Shown here piece after piece: positions 25,892 through 34,430 of a stretch of 39,568 bases of DNA. The notes beneath the pieces were generated by a model. The model searched no databases. It was not told the DNA's origin and saw nothing but the letters and a program-made list of their open reading frames with translations. The number at the start of each line of letters is the position of its first letter. Positions within the stretch are counted from its first letter, which is position 1. Source of the DNA: a virus; the IMG/VR virus record IMGVR_UViG_3300045988_025144, positions 1 to 39,568 of that record; one strand, 5' to 3'. A program made the translations under genes and the position numbers.

Positions 25892-27475
25892 TCACCCCGG
25901 CACATATTCAGCTGGTCGCACGCCTGCTGGTAATCGCCAGCCGTTTGCAGCAATGCGATCAATCATATTTCTAGCGTGATCAAATTGCCACATGCCAACA
26001 TCTTTGAAACCTCGACCTTCTAAGAATCGAATTTGTTTTGGTGTAGTCAGGCCTTCTGATTGTCGCTTGTGCAATCTGTCTAAATATAAAGCAGCCTTTC
26101 CAGCATTCCCGATTTCATCAGGAAGTATGCCGTACTTCTCAAGCGCTTTGATTTGTTTATCGCTAGCAGGAGCCATTTCCCATCCAAAGTTAGGAACGTA
26201 GTTCGATAAATCTTCAGCATGGATAGACATTTCGAATTGCAATGGATCCACAAGTTTACGCTTACGCTTGCGCATTTCTTCCAGCTGTTTTGCCAAAGCC
26301 TCTTCACGCTGTGCGACAACGTCTTCTGCTGCCTTAACTTCCATATCTTCAAGGTCAAGCATGACACCTGTCTGCTCTTCCATGTTCTCAACCATTTTCT
26401 GAGCGACTTCTGGAGTCTCACAGATTAAGTGAGCTGGCCGGCATAGTTCGTGGCGTTCAGTGTGCCAGAGGAAGTCTAGCAAGAGCAATTCTTCCTTCCC
26501 TGGATGCAAGCGAGTCCCACGCCCCACCATCTGGCTATACAAGGCACGTACCTTAGTAGGTCTTAGCACAACTACACAGTCTACTGATGGACAATCCCAT
26601 CCTTCAGTTAAGAGCATAGAGTTACAGAGCACGTTGTAACGGTCATTCTCGAAGTCTTCTAAGACTTCTGCACGATCCTTGGACTCTCCATTTACCTCAG
26701 CAGCGCGAAAACCTTTTGCGTTTAGAATATCTCGAAACTTCTGTGAGGTCTTCACCAAAGGCAAGAATACGACTGTCTTACGGTCTGCGCATTGCTTGGC
26801 CATTTCATCTGCTATCTGCTCCAGGTATGGATCCAGTGCCGTTCCGACATCGCTCGCCTTGAAATCGCCTGCCGACATGCTGACATTCGATAAATCCAAG
26901 CTGAGCGGAATTGTCAAAGCTTTGATTTTTGATAAGTACCCTTCTTGGATAGCTTGAACTAGCGAATACTCATAAGCTAAGCTGTCGAAGTAAGAACCAA
27001 GGTTCTTCATATCTCCGCGGTCAGGCGTTGCAGTTACTCCCAATACATTCGATTGTTCAAAATAACCAAGGACACGTTGATAACCGTCTGAAATAGCGTG
27101 ATGAGCTTCGTCAACCACAATCGTATCGAACCAGTCAGGAGGAAATTGACTAAGTCGCTTCTCTCTCTGCATCGTCTGAACAGAACCAACTACAACACGA
27201 TACCATGAACCGATAGAGGTATTCTCAGCTTTTTCTAAGGCCGTGCCGAGTCCTGTCGCAGTCTTGAGCTTGTCGCTAGCCTGCTCTAAAAGCTCTGACC
27301 TATGAGCAAGGACAAGCACACGCTTGCCCTCTTTCACTTGGTCTTCAATGATTTTGGAGAAGACGATTGTCTTTCCACATCCTGTAGGCAATACTAAGAG
27401 CGTGCGCTTGCGACCTTTAGCCCATTCAGCTTGAACAGCTTCCCGTGCTTCCTGTTGATAAGGTCTTAATTGCAT
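25892..27475 (-). CDS. SF2 DEAD/DEAH-box helicase with a repeat-containing C-terminal extension
   Basis: It has PTGCGKT (motif I), VDEAHH (motif II), GVTATP (motif III) and QMVGRGTR (motif VI). Confidence 0.9.
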   Translation of the reverse strand: MQLRPYQQEAREAVQAEWAKGRKRTLLVLPTGCGKTIVFSKIIEDQVKEGKRVLVLAHRSELLEQASDKLKTATGLGTALEKAENTSIGSWYRVVVGSVQTMQREKRLSQFPPDWFDTIVVDEAHHAISDGYQRVLGYFEQSNVLGVTATPDRGDMKNLGSYFDSLAYEYSLVQAIQEGYLSKIKALTIPLSLDLSNVSMSAGDFKASDVGTALDPYLEQIADEMAKQCADRKTVVFLPLVKTSQKFRDILNAKGFRAAEVNGESKDRAEVLEDFENDRYNVLCNSMLLTEGWDCPSVDCVVVLRPTKVRALYSQMVGRGTRLHPGKEELLLLDFLWHTERHELCRPAHLICETPEVAQKMVENMEEQTGVMLDLEDMEVKAAEDVVAQREEALAKQLEEMRKRKRKLVDPLQFEMSIHAEDLSNYVPNFGWEMAPASDKQIKALEKYGILPDEIGNAGKAALYLDRLHKRQSEGLTTPKQIRFLEGRGFKDVGMWQFDHARNMIDRIAANGWRLPAGVRPAEYVPG

Positions 27476-27485
27476 CCCTTACCTC

Positions 27486-28043
27486 CTAGAATTGCCCAGC
27501 TTGGTATCCAGCTTGTCCTTGTGGTTGTTGTCCAAAGTTCTGCGGTTGTGGTTGTTGGTAGCTTGCTTGTGTAACTTGTCCTGGTTGTTGGTTCAACACT
27601 TTTGTATAATCCACATCTTCAGGGTAGAGCATGGATTTGACTTCGTTGTAATTGTTGTTATTGTATTGTCGGGTTCCGACTTTACATACTCCACTTGCAC
27701 CGATGATGGTATTCCAGTTCATGCGAAGCGGTTCGCCCTTTTTCTTTTGGCCAATTGCAGCAAAGAAAGCAGATAGCATTCCTTCGGTTGAGCTATGTAA
27801 GAATAGATTGTGGCGCAGTTCTGTTTCACCTTCGTTTGCCACGATTTTGAGGCTGACGATAGCCTTATTACACGCTGGTAGTTTCCCTGGATTTTGCGGA
27901 TTTGGCGTGTGTCGTGTACGTTCCATGCCAACGACTGTAAAATAGTACAATCCGTCAGGCAGTAGGACGAAATCCGAGTCCTTTTCAATCGTGTCTTCCC
28001 AACCAATTTCGTGATCAAAGTTGTTGTATTGTTGTTGTGTCAT
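27486..28043 (-). CDS. DUF669-like protein (probable ssDNA-binding partner of the Sak4-like ATPase) with a Q/G/P-rich tail
   Basis: Its size, its position between the helicase and AAA_24 genes, and its C-terminal QQPQPQNFGQQPQGQAGYQAGQF tail support the call. Confidence 0.5.
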   Translation of the reverse strand: MTQQQYNNFDHEIGWEDTIEKDSDFVLLPDGLYYFTVVGMERTRHTPNPQNPGKLPACNKAIVSLKIVANEGETELRHNLFLHSSTEGMLSAFFAAIGQKKKGEPLRMNWNTIIGASGVCKVGTRQYNNNNYNEVKSMLYPEDVDYTKVLNQQPGQVTQASYQQPQPQNFGQQPQGQAGYQAGQF

Positions 28044-28056
28044 GTTGATTTCTCCT

Positions 28057-28794
28057 TTAAGCTAAAATAGTAATTTTTTTGTTGCTAGCAAGTTCATTTT
28101 TTAAATAATTTGCGATGCTTTCGACGGCTTCTAATTTCCATTTACCCCCATCTGCTTCAAAGAGCGCAAGATTCGCCGATTTGTTGATGCGGAAGACGAA
28201 TTGACTAGCAGGCTGCTCTACTTCATTGAAAGTACGATATGGTCGCAAGGTTACTGGATTTGGAGTTTTAGCTTGTGCTAGGCTTGCTACCCCATCACGA
28301 ACCGTAGCCATTTGACTGATGCCATTGTCCTGTACTTCTGCACCTTTTTCGATTTTCAAATGGCTAGCAAAATCCAAAACCAAATTACGGTCTGCATCAT
28401 TGATAAACATAGACTGCAGCATAATATTGAATTCTTCCTGGTCGCGCCAATTGCTAAAAGGAATAACTGGAACGGTTGCTTTTACAGATACGAGCTGAGG
28501 ACGTTTACCATTTTCAAAATCAACTTGATCATATACAGATACTTTTTGGAAACTGTCCACGACAACTACAAGTTTACGATCACTGATGAAATCGTTATCT
28601 GATTTGAGATAGTCAACTAGACTTTTGAGTGTCTGAAGCTCAAGGATAGGTGCGTACTTACGAGGCGTCAGTTCCTGTAAGTCATATTCATTGCTGTCAA
28701 AATATTCCTTCCCAGTTTCTGAACGAATGATTTTCTTTTCTTTACCCGCTAGTTCGACTGCGTATGATAATGCATCTTTAATATTTTCTGTCAT
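28057..28794 (-). CDS. Hypothetical replication-module protein
   Basis: A 245-aa ORF with a good RBS context. Confidence 0.6.
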   Translation of the reverse strand: MTENIKDALSYAVELAGKEKKIIRSETGKEYFDSNEYDLQELTPRKYAPILELQTLKSLVDYLKSDNDFISDRKLVVVVDSFQKVSVYDQVDFENGKRPQLVSVKATVPVIPFSNWRDQEEFNIMLQSMFINDADRNLVLDFASHLKIEKGAEVQDNGISQMATVRDGVASLAQAKTPNPVTLRPYRTFNEVEQPASQFVFRINKSANLALFEADGGKWKLEAVESIANYLKNELASNKKITILA

Positions 28795-28796
28795 GG

Positions 28797-29219
28797 TTAG
28801 TTACCTGCTTTCTTTTTGTTGTAATCAATAATATTTGTGCTTTGTTGTTCTACTTTTTCGATGAGATCGCCAGTATCGGTCCGCATATCTCCGTTTTCAT
28901 CAAAGTATGTCTGACCAGGGATGCCGCTTTTGAGCTCATTCGCGTGAATTTTACCAGTGTCATCACGGCCGACAATGACAGTTGTTGCGACACCTTTTTG
29001 TGGTGCTAAAGTAGATTTGACTTCCATGCCTGTCTTAACGACCGTACGTTCATCGTCTGTTGACATCGTTAGTGTGATAGTAACCTTACGGGTTGCTTTG
29101 GCTTCTGTATTGAGATCCAGAATATTCTCAAGGACTTTTTCAAGTTCTTTGTCAACCTTTTCTTGTAGGGCTGTATTTGCGATTTTTGACAAATCAATTT
29201 TAATAGTTTTATCTTTCAT
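28797..29219 (-). CDS. Hypothetical replication-module protein
   Basis: A 140-aa ORF. Confidence 0.6.
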   Translation of the reverse strand: MKDKTIKIDLSKIANTALQEKVDKELEKVLENILDLNTEAKATRKVTITLTMSTDDERTVVKTGMEVKSTLAPQKGVATTVIVGRDDTGKIHANELKSGIPGQTYFDENGDMRTDTGDLIEKVEQQSTNIIDYNKKKAGN

Positions 29220-29264
29220 AGATACTCCTTGTTATATTTTGCTATGATTTCTAATTCCCAAAAT

Positions 29265-30383
29265 CTACACGGTGAAGGGCAGTTCAGGATCCGCTCGTAC
29301 TTGATTTTGAATAACTTCCATAGTCGCCTGCCAATGTGCCACAATCATATCCCAGTAATCAGGAGGGAAGTTTTCAATCGGAGTTCCTAGTGGGAAGTGT
29401 CCACGGATGTAAGCGACTTTTTGAAGTTCTTCTTCTGTCACGTTTCCTTGCGTCATGAGGTCCGTCAAACTCTTAGGCAAGCTTGCATGATATTGCGCTG
29501 GTGGTGTCTGAGTCTTGCTAGGGGCTTCATTTTGAGGTTTTTCAGCGACCTGTGACATATCGAGAGGCAATTCCTCTTGGATTTGCTCAGGGGCTTGCTG
29601 TACGGTCTGCTGAGGTGCTGGAGCAACTGCTTGAGGTTGTGGCGCAGGCGCTTGTACTTGTTGATTCGCAAAGATATGGGCAATTCCTGCATAATGGAAC
29701 GGTAATTCATCTGGCAAACCGTGACGATTTTTGGCATCCCAAGCTGGCCGATGATTGGTATACATCACACGTTCACCGCCCTGCGCCTTCTTCTTGCCAT
29801 TGTCGGCCGTCATGACTAAGGTTTTGTAGTTTGCAAATAGAACCATGTCTGCCCACTCTTTTACAAGTGGTGCCGTCTGGGAACTTGTCTTCTTACCAAG
29901 CTTTAGTTCGTATCTGTCATAAGAACCCATCTCGTCCGGTTGTTCAAATTTCTTGATTTGAGCGTGCGCAGTCAATACCACGTTGATGCCCATATCTACC
30001 AAGTCAGAAAGGCTATTTAAGAAACGTCCCATTTCTTCTTGTACAAATGTGTACCCCTTGCCCCAGCCAAAATCCTCAATCCCTTGCTTGCCATGTTGCA
30101 AACAGATGTAATTAACTGCCAAAGCTTCCGCCCAGTCGATTGTGTCGATGACGAGTGTCCCGCATTCTGTAGGATTCGCTTTGATAAAAGCAATCTCATT
30201 GATGAGCATGGTCCAGCTGGTCGGCTTGTCGAGTCGCGCAACATCCATGTTGTCTGTCGACCCTTCTGTGTCGATAAAGACGGGGTCTGGAAATTGACTC
30301 GCAAAGCTAGATTTCCCAATCCCTTCTGGTCCGTAGATAACTACCTTTTGAGCTCGCGCCCGTTTTCCTCTAGTGATTTGCAT
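29265..30383 (-). CDS. AAA_24 / Sak4-like RecA-family ATPase with a P/Q/A-rich linker and a C-terminal domain
   Basis: It has the Walker A VIYGPEGIGKSSF and the Walker B-like TLVIDTID. Confidence 0.7.
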   Translation of the reverse strand: MQITRGKRARAQKVVIYGPEGIGKSSFASQFPDPVFIDTEGSTDNMDVARLDKPTSWTMLINEIAFIKANPTECGTLVIDTIDWAEALAVNYICLQHGKQGIEDFGWGKGYTFVQEEMGRFLNSLSDLVDMGINVVLTAHAQIKKFEQPDEMGSYDRYELKLGKKTSSQTAPLVKEWADMVLFANYKTLVMTADNGKKKAQGGERVMYTNHRPAWDAKNRHGLPDELPFHYAGIAHIFANQQVQAPAPQPQAVAPAPQQTVQQAPEQIQEELPLDMSQVAEKPQNEAPSKTQTPPAQYHASLPKSLTDLMTQGNVTEEELQKVAYIRGHFPLGTPIENFPPDYWDMIVAHWQATMEVIQNQVRADPELPFTV

Positions 30384-30385
30384 GT

Positions 30386-30730
30386 TTAGTCATCCTCCAT
30401 TCCAGCTTCTAACATTTTTAAGATTCTTTTAAATTCTTCTTCACTCGATGTTTCAGTTTCTTTAATCAATTCTTCCGGTTCTTCACCGTCAAGTGTCTTG
30501 AGCTCATACGTTGCAGTCACTTCGAGCAATTCACAATTTAATGCATTCGCTAGTTTTGTAAAATCTTCAATTTGTACTTTTGTCGCTTCAACTTCATTTT
30601 TAGCAGCATGTTCCAATCTTTTTGTATATTCTGCTGAATAAGCAAGAGTTTGTTCTTTGCTTTTGAATTTCAATAAAAAGCTACCTGTTTTTTTGTTACG
30701 TAATACGATAAAAGTTTCTGTTTTTTTCAT
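30386..30730 (-). CDS. Hypothetical protein
   Basis: A 114-aa ORF. Confidence 0.55.
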   Translation of the reverse strand: MKKTETFIVLRNKKTGSFLLKFKSKEQTLAYSAEYTKRLEHAAKNEVEATKVQIEDFTKLANALNCELLEVTATYELKTLDGEEPEELIKETETSSEEEFKRILKMLEAGMEDD

Positions 30731-30749
30731 GATTGTTCTCCTTTAGTTT

Positions 30750-32060
30750 TTAAAATCCACCTTGCCATGTTGGTGCGACTGTTTCAGCGTGTCCTTGTTG
30801 AGCGGCATTTGCAAATTTTACAGGTGAAACGCTATACCCGTCTTCAATCAGGATGCTACATTCATCTCCTGTTGATACCCGTGTCGCGATTGCTTGCAAC
30901 CCTTCTTGCTCAAGCCATGCGCCAAATTCTTGTAAGGTCTGCTGATCCATTTGCTCCAGCTTGTCAATCAAGACAAATCCACACTCTGGCTTCAATTTAC
31001 GCACGATTGCGGTCGCCACTTGTAGTTGTTGGCTACCAGACATGTTATCCCAGCGTTGGCCAAGATATAGCAATTCGCCATCATCCACAGACAAGCCAGG
31101 CAATGGTAAGTCTGCGTTTGTGAGCAGATCCGTCTTCTGCTTACGGATATCATCAATCACATTATCAAGTTCCTTGTATTGCTCACGATAACCCTTAGCG
31201 TCTTCTTCAGCTTTATCTTTATCAAGATTAGCTCGAACTTTACGATTGATCTCATCAATCTCTGCGATGTTCTGTTCGATTTCTTCAGTTGATTCATCGA
31301 GAAGATCCATGGCATCGGTATTCGCGATAGCCAAGTCTTGAGCTAACTGGCGCTCTTTTTCTTTGGCATCGGCCAGCAATTGCTCCAATCGTTCAACCTC
31401 TGCAGCTGCTGAATCGTGTTGATTTTTGATGGATACCAAGTTCTGGCGCTTACGGGCGTTCTCACCATTCTTGGCAAGTATGGCTTGCTGTTGTTGGATA
31501 AGTTCAGCGATAGAGATTAACTCTTTTGGCGCATCTGGATAGTACGGCTGTTCTTTAGCAAACTTTTCTTTCTGGTCAGCAATCACACCGATTGCATGGC
31601 GCTCGTCATATTTTGCCTTTTCTTGCATTTCAAGTTCAGCAAGCTGCGGACCGACTCCGATGATTTGCAGCAACGTCTTTGCCTTTTCTTTGCTAGTCTG
31701 CTCCATGAATTTCGGCAAGTTGATAGCTAGTTCTTCCACAAAGCTATCCAGCAAGTTTTGCCCAGCCTTGTTGCCACTTGGATCAATAACCTTGAGAGTG
31801 CTGTTCTTTCCACTACGCTCCACAATCAAGCCGTTTGATAGCGTGATTTTAAGACTAGGCGGGATTGTACTTCCTTCGCGTTGTGCTTGGCTAGGCTTGT
31901 ACTTGTTACCTCCCAGCGCCCAAGCAATCGCATCTAGTACGCTTGTCTTGCCTTGGTTATTATTTCCACCCACGATTGTCAAGCCAGTCGCTGACGGCTC
32001 TAATTTGACTGCTTTAACTCGCTTGACGTTTTCGATTTCTAGTTTATTGATTGTTACCAT
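30750..32060 (-). CDS. SMC/RecF/Rad50-like ABC ATPase
   Basis: It has the Walker A GGNNNQGKTS, a central coiled coil, the signature-like MSGSQQ and the Walker B FVLIDKLEQMD. Confidence 0.7.
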   Translation of the reverse strand: MVTINKLEIENVKRVKAVKLEPSATGLTIVGGNNNQGKTSVLDAIAWALGGNKYKPSQAQREGSTIPPSLKITLSNGLIVERSGKNSTLKVIDPSGNKAGQNLLDSFVEELAINLPKFMEQTSKEKAKTLLQIIGVGPQLAELEMQEKAKYDERHAIGVIADQKEKFAKEQPYYPDAPKELISIAELIQQQQAILAKNGENARKRQNLVSIKNQHDSAAAEVERLEQLLADAKEKERQLAQDLAIANTDAMDLLDESTEEIEQNIAEIDEINRKVRANLDKDKAEEDAKGYREQYKELDNVIDDIRKQKTDLLTNADLPLPGLSVDDGELLYLGQRWDNMSGSQQLQVATAIVRKLKPECGFVLIDKLEQMDQQTLQEFGAWLEQEGLQAIATRVSTGDECSILIEDGYSVSPVKFANAAQQGHAETVAPTWQGGF

Positions 32061-32064
32061 CTTT

Positions 32065-32262
32065 CTACTCCTTAACTAGTCCTACAGGTGGCTCCACATC
32101 ATAAGTAAATTGTTTGTCTGAATTTCTCAGATTCATGCGTGCAATATTGCTCGCCATCAGCTGACGCTCTTTTTGTTTCATTTCAGCGTGGTCATCTAGT
32201 TTATTTACTAGAGACCAGAGCCCGATTCCAACGATTGTTACGAAATAAAGGTATTCCATCAT
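32065..32262 (-). CDS. Small membrane protein
   Basis: A 65-aa ORF with an N-terminal TM helix (YLYFVTIVGIGLWSLV). Confidence 0.5.
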   Translation of the reverse strand: MMEYLYFVTIVGIGLWSLVNKLDDHAEMKQKERQLMASNIARMNLRNSDKQFTYDVEPPVGLVKE

Positions 32263-32453
32263 TTTACGTTCTCCTTTTCTTTATAGGTTGCTACAATTTT
32301 TTCAAGATCAGCAATACGCTGATTGGCATTTTGAAGTTTTTCTTGTGATTCAATCAGTGATTGATTGAGGTCCAGAGCGACCTCCTTCCAGTCAAGGTTA
32401 GTTTCTTCAACCTCTTCCGAAAAGTAGGTTTTGATTCTTGTTAGTAGATTCAT
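32259..32453 (-). CDS. Hypothetical coiled-coil protein
   Basis: A 64-aa ORF with a 4-nt overlap to the next gene. Confidence 0.5.
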   Translation of the reverse strand: MNLLTRIKTYFSEEVEETNLDWKEVALDLNQSLIESQEKLQNANQRIADLEKIVATYKEKENVK

Positions 32454-32465
32454 GTTTATCCTCTC

Positions 32466-32816
32466 TTACGCAATAAGATCTTCCAAATCTAATTCAGCAA
32501 CCTCATTTAAAAGGTCTTTTACTTTCTTCAAATCTTCCAACATCTCTCTCAGACTCTCTTTTTTTGTCTTGTATCTATTCCGTGACTTCCACATACAGTA
32601 CAGAGCAAAACCTTTGTAATTTACTAAAACTGTTTTATGGGTCGGGTGATAAACGAAATGTTTAAATTCAGGATGATTTTTCATTTCATTTGCCCAAAGT
32701 TTTAAAGTTGTCTCAGATAGATCGTTGAATTTTTCTTCTAAGCTCTTATATCCACCATACTCAGCTTTTTCGGTTTGAGATACAGGTCGATAATTCACAT
32801 TATTTATAACCGGCAT
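32466..32816 (-). CDS. Hypothetical early protein
   Basis: A 116-aa ORF with the RBS GGAAG. Confidence 0.6.
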   Translation of the reverse strand: MPVINNVNYRPVSQTEKAEYGGYKSLEEKFNDLSETTLKLWANEMKNHPEFKHFVYHPTHKTVLVNYKGFALYCMWKSRNRYKTKKESLREMLEDLKKVKDLLNEVAELDLEDLIA

Positions 32817-32850
32817 GGCATTTCTTCCTTTTCTGTGATATAATTCAGTT

Positions 32851-32894
32851 AGTTATTTTTGAAATGCGCCTGACTTCTGTTAGGTGCTTTTTGT
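32851..32894 (+). ncRNA. Candidate ~45-nt antisense RNA in the early operon
   Basis: A perfect extended -10 (TGATATAAT, 32836-32844) lies on the + strand. It is followed by the hairpin GCGCCTGAC-TTCT-GTTAGGTGC and TTTTTGT. Two G-U pairs make this hairpin specific to the + strand. Confidence 0.3.
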
Positions 32895-32895
32895 A

Positions 32896-33087
32896 TTAGC
32901 GGATTTTAAAATCTTCAATCACACGAGCGATGAACTGATTCGCTTGCGGATTTTTCAGCTTCCCATTCAGGATATTCGTTACATCCTGACGAGTCATGCT
33001 ATACTGTACTGCTAGCGTCGCCATCGTCAAATTGTGTTCTTTCAGATAATCTCTGATTTTTTGACGTCCACCATCCATATTTGGCAT
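32896..33087 (-). CDS. Cro-like / small HTH DNA-binding protein
   Basis: A 63-aa ORF with the HTH NLTMATLAVQYSMTRQDVTNILNG. Confidence 0.6.
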   Translation of the reverse strand: MPNMDGGRQKIRDYLKEHNLTMATLAVQYSMTRQDVTNILNGKLKNPQANQFIARVIEDFKIR

Positions 33088-33159
33088 ATTTTTCTCCTTT
33101 CTTTTCTTTTTCTCTTCTCGCTCTCTGCTTCAATTGTTAAAGTCAAAGCTATATAATTT

Positions 33160-33381
33160 TTACACATGGCTATTCAAGGCGCGCTTCGTGATTTCGTCTT
33201 GGATAGCTTTTGTCATTGCTAAGCCATGTTCTGAAAAACTGGTGTTTTTCGAAACTAGCAAAATTGCTTGCGAGTATGTCTCAGATTGTTGAATAGCTTC
33301 ATCAGCGACCTTCTCAACAAAACTTTGAATATCGTTTTTTAGATTCTCTAAAGATATTAGAGGAGCTTCATTTTTCGACAT
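33160..33381 (-). CDS. Hypothetical protein, first gene of the leftward early operon
   Basis: A 73-aa ORF with the strong RBS AAAGGAGGAAG. Confidence 0.6.
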   Translation of the reverse strand: MSKNEAPLISLENLKNDIQSFVEKVADEAIQQSETYSQAILLVSKNTSFSEHGLAMTKAIQDEITKRALNSHV

Positions 33382-33468
33382 CCATCTTCCTCCTTTTCTT
33401 TGTAAGTTAAAAAATTGATTATTTTTAACGAAAATTGTTGTCTGCTCTGACTTTTAGCAAATAGAACC

Positions 33469-33497
33469 TTTACAAACCTTCTTACATTTAGTATAAT
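33469..33497 (+). promoter_or_regulatory. Near-consensus promoter of the orphan rightward transcription unit
   Basis: TTTACA-17 nt-TATAAT. Confidence 0.55.
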
Positions 33498-33503
33498 AAT
33501 GTT

Positions 33504-33784
33504 ACCTTTATAACAGAAAGGAGCTGATGCAAATTGGCAGAATTTTTGAAAGGTACTGTGTCTCAGTAAGCTTTATTCTTCGTTTCGCAAAAAGCTAGTC
33601 ACTTATGCCGGATTAGTCAACGTTAGTAAGACTCAAAATATTTATGACTTTAAAGAAGAATATCCTTAACCAACTGCAGTGCGAGGCGCGGATACTTGCC
33701 AAGAGTTGTGTGTCACTGCTTCTGGCCTGAGCAGACAATTTCCGTAGCGTATTCTACGAAGCAGATAGAATACGTTTTTATTTT
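33504..33784 (+). ncRNA. Orphan ~280-nt transcription unit (candidate sRNA or micro-peptide mRNA)
   Basis: It is bounded by the promoter above and the terminator CGTATTCTA-9 nt-TAGAATACG plus TTTTTATTTT at 33748-33784. It contains only 11-28-codon ORFs. Confidence 0.4.
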
Positions 33785-33821
33785 GTAAGAAAATGAGTTA
33801 GTAAATTATTTTATAAATTAC

Positions 33822-33850
33822 TTGACAAAATTAATGTATAGTATTAAAAT
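33822..33850 (+). promoter_or_regulatory. Rightward promoter, copy 1 of a 29-bp inverted promoter repeat
   Basis: TTGACAAAATTAATGTATAGTATTAAAAT, read as TTGACA-17 nt-TAAAAT. Confidence 0.5.
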
Positions 33851-33969
33851 GAAAGCATAATTAAAAACCTTGATAAAACAATATCTATCAATTCTCTTGC
33901 TCGCCAAAGCTATTATTTTTAGATAAGTTTTTACTTCGTTTTTTACTAACTCACTAACTTACAAAAACT

Positions 33970-33998
33970 ATTTTAATACTTAGCATTAACTTTGTCAA
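33970..33998 (-). promoter_or_regulatory. Leftward (early lytic) promoter, copy 2 of the inverted promoter repeat
   Basis: The minus strand reads TTGACAAAGTTAATGCTAAGTATTAAAAT, which is 25/29 identical to copy 1. Confidence 0.5.
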
Positions 33999-34058
33999 GC
34001 ATTTTAATGAGAAATATTAAATATTTTTTGTCATGTTCTTAGAAAGGTTGATAAATCA

Positions 34059-34430
34059 ATGTTTCAGACATTTGACAGAATAAAAGAACTTGCCAAAAAG
34101 CAAGGCCTTTCAATAAATTTATTGGAAGAAAAACTTGGTTATAGTAGAAATACTATTTATAATCTAAAAAATTCAAAACCGTCCACTGAACGAATTTCAG
34201 AAATCGCCGACTACTTCAATGTATCCACCGATTATTTACTTGGTCGCACAGATAACCCGACTATTGTAAAGGATACCGTCACTACTCCAGACGGCCGTGT
34301 GGTCGACTTGTCAAATCTTCGCGAACGTGTTGTCCTGTTCGATGGCAAGCCATTATCAGACGACGATGTAGATAAAATCGCTCAAATCATTAAACTCTCT
34401 TTGGGGGTATCGGATATTGAAAATAAATGA
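34059..34430 (+). CDS. XRE-family phage repressor (CI / ImmR-like)
   Basis: It has the N-terminal HTH LSINLLEEKLGYSRNTIYNLKN and no S24 peptidase domain. It is followed by an ImmA-like protease gene. Confidence 0.85.
   Translation: MFQTFDRIKELAKKQGLSINLLEEKLGYSRNTIYNLKNSKPSTERISEIADYFNVSTDYLLGRTDNPTIVKDTVTTPDGRVVDLSNLRERVVLFDGKPLSDDDVDKIAQIIKLSLGVSDIENK

Noticed and set aside
33088-33159. A polypyrimidine tract (ttttctcctttcttttctttttctcttctcgctctctgc) between the first two early genes.
   Set aside because: On the coding strand it is a purine-rich run ending in the AAAGGAGAAAAAT RBS of the Cro-like gene. It is most simply an extended SD or enhancer region, and it contains no repeat or hairpin structure.
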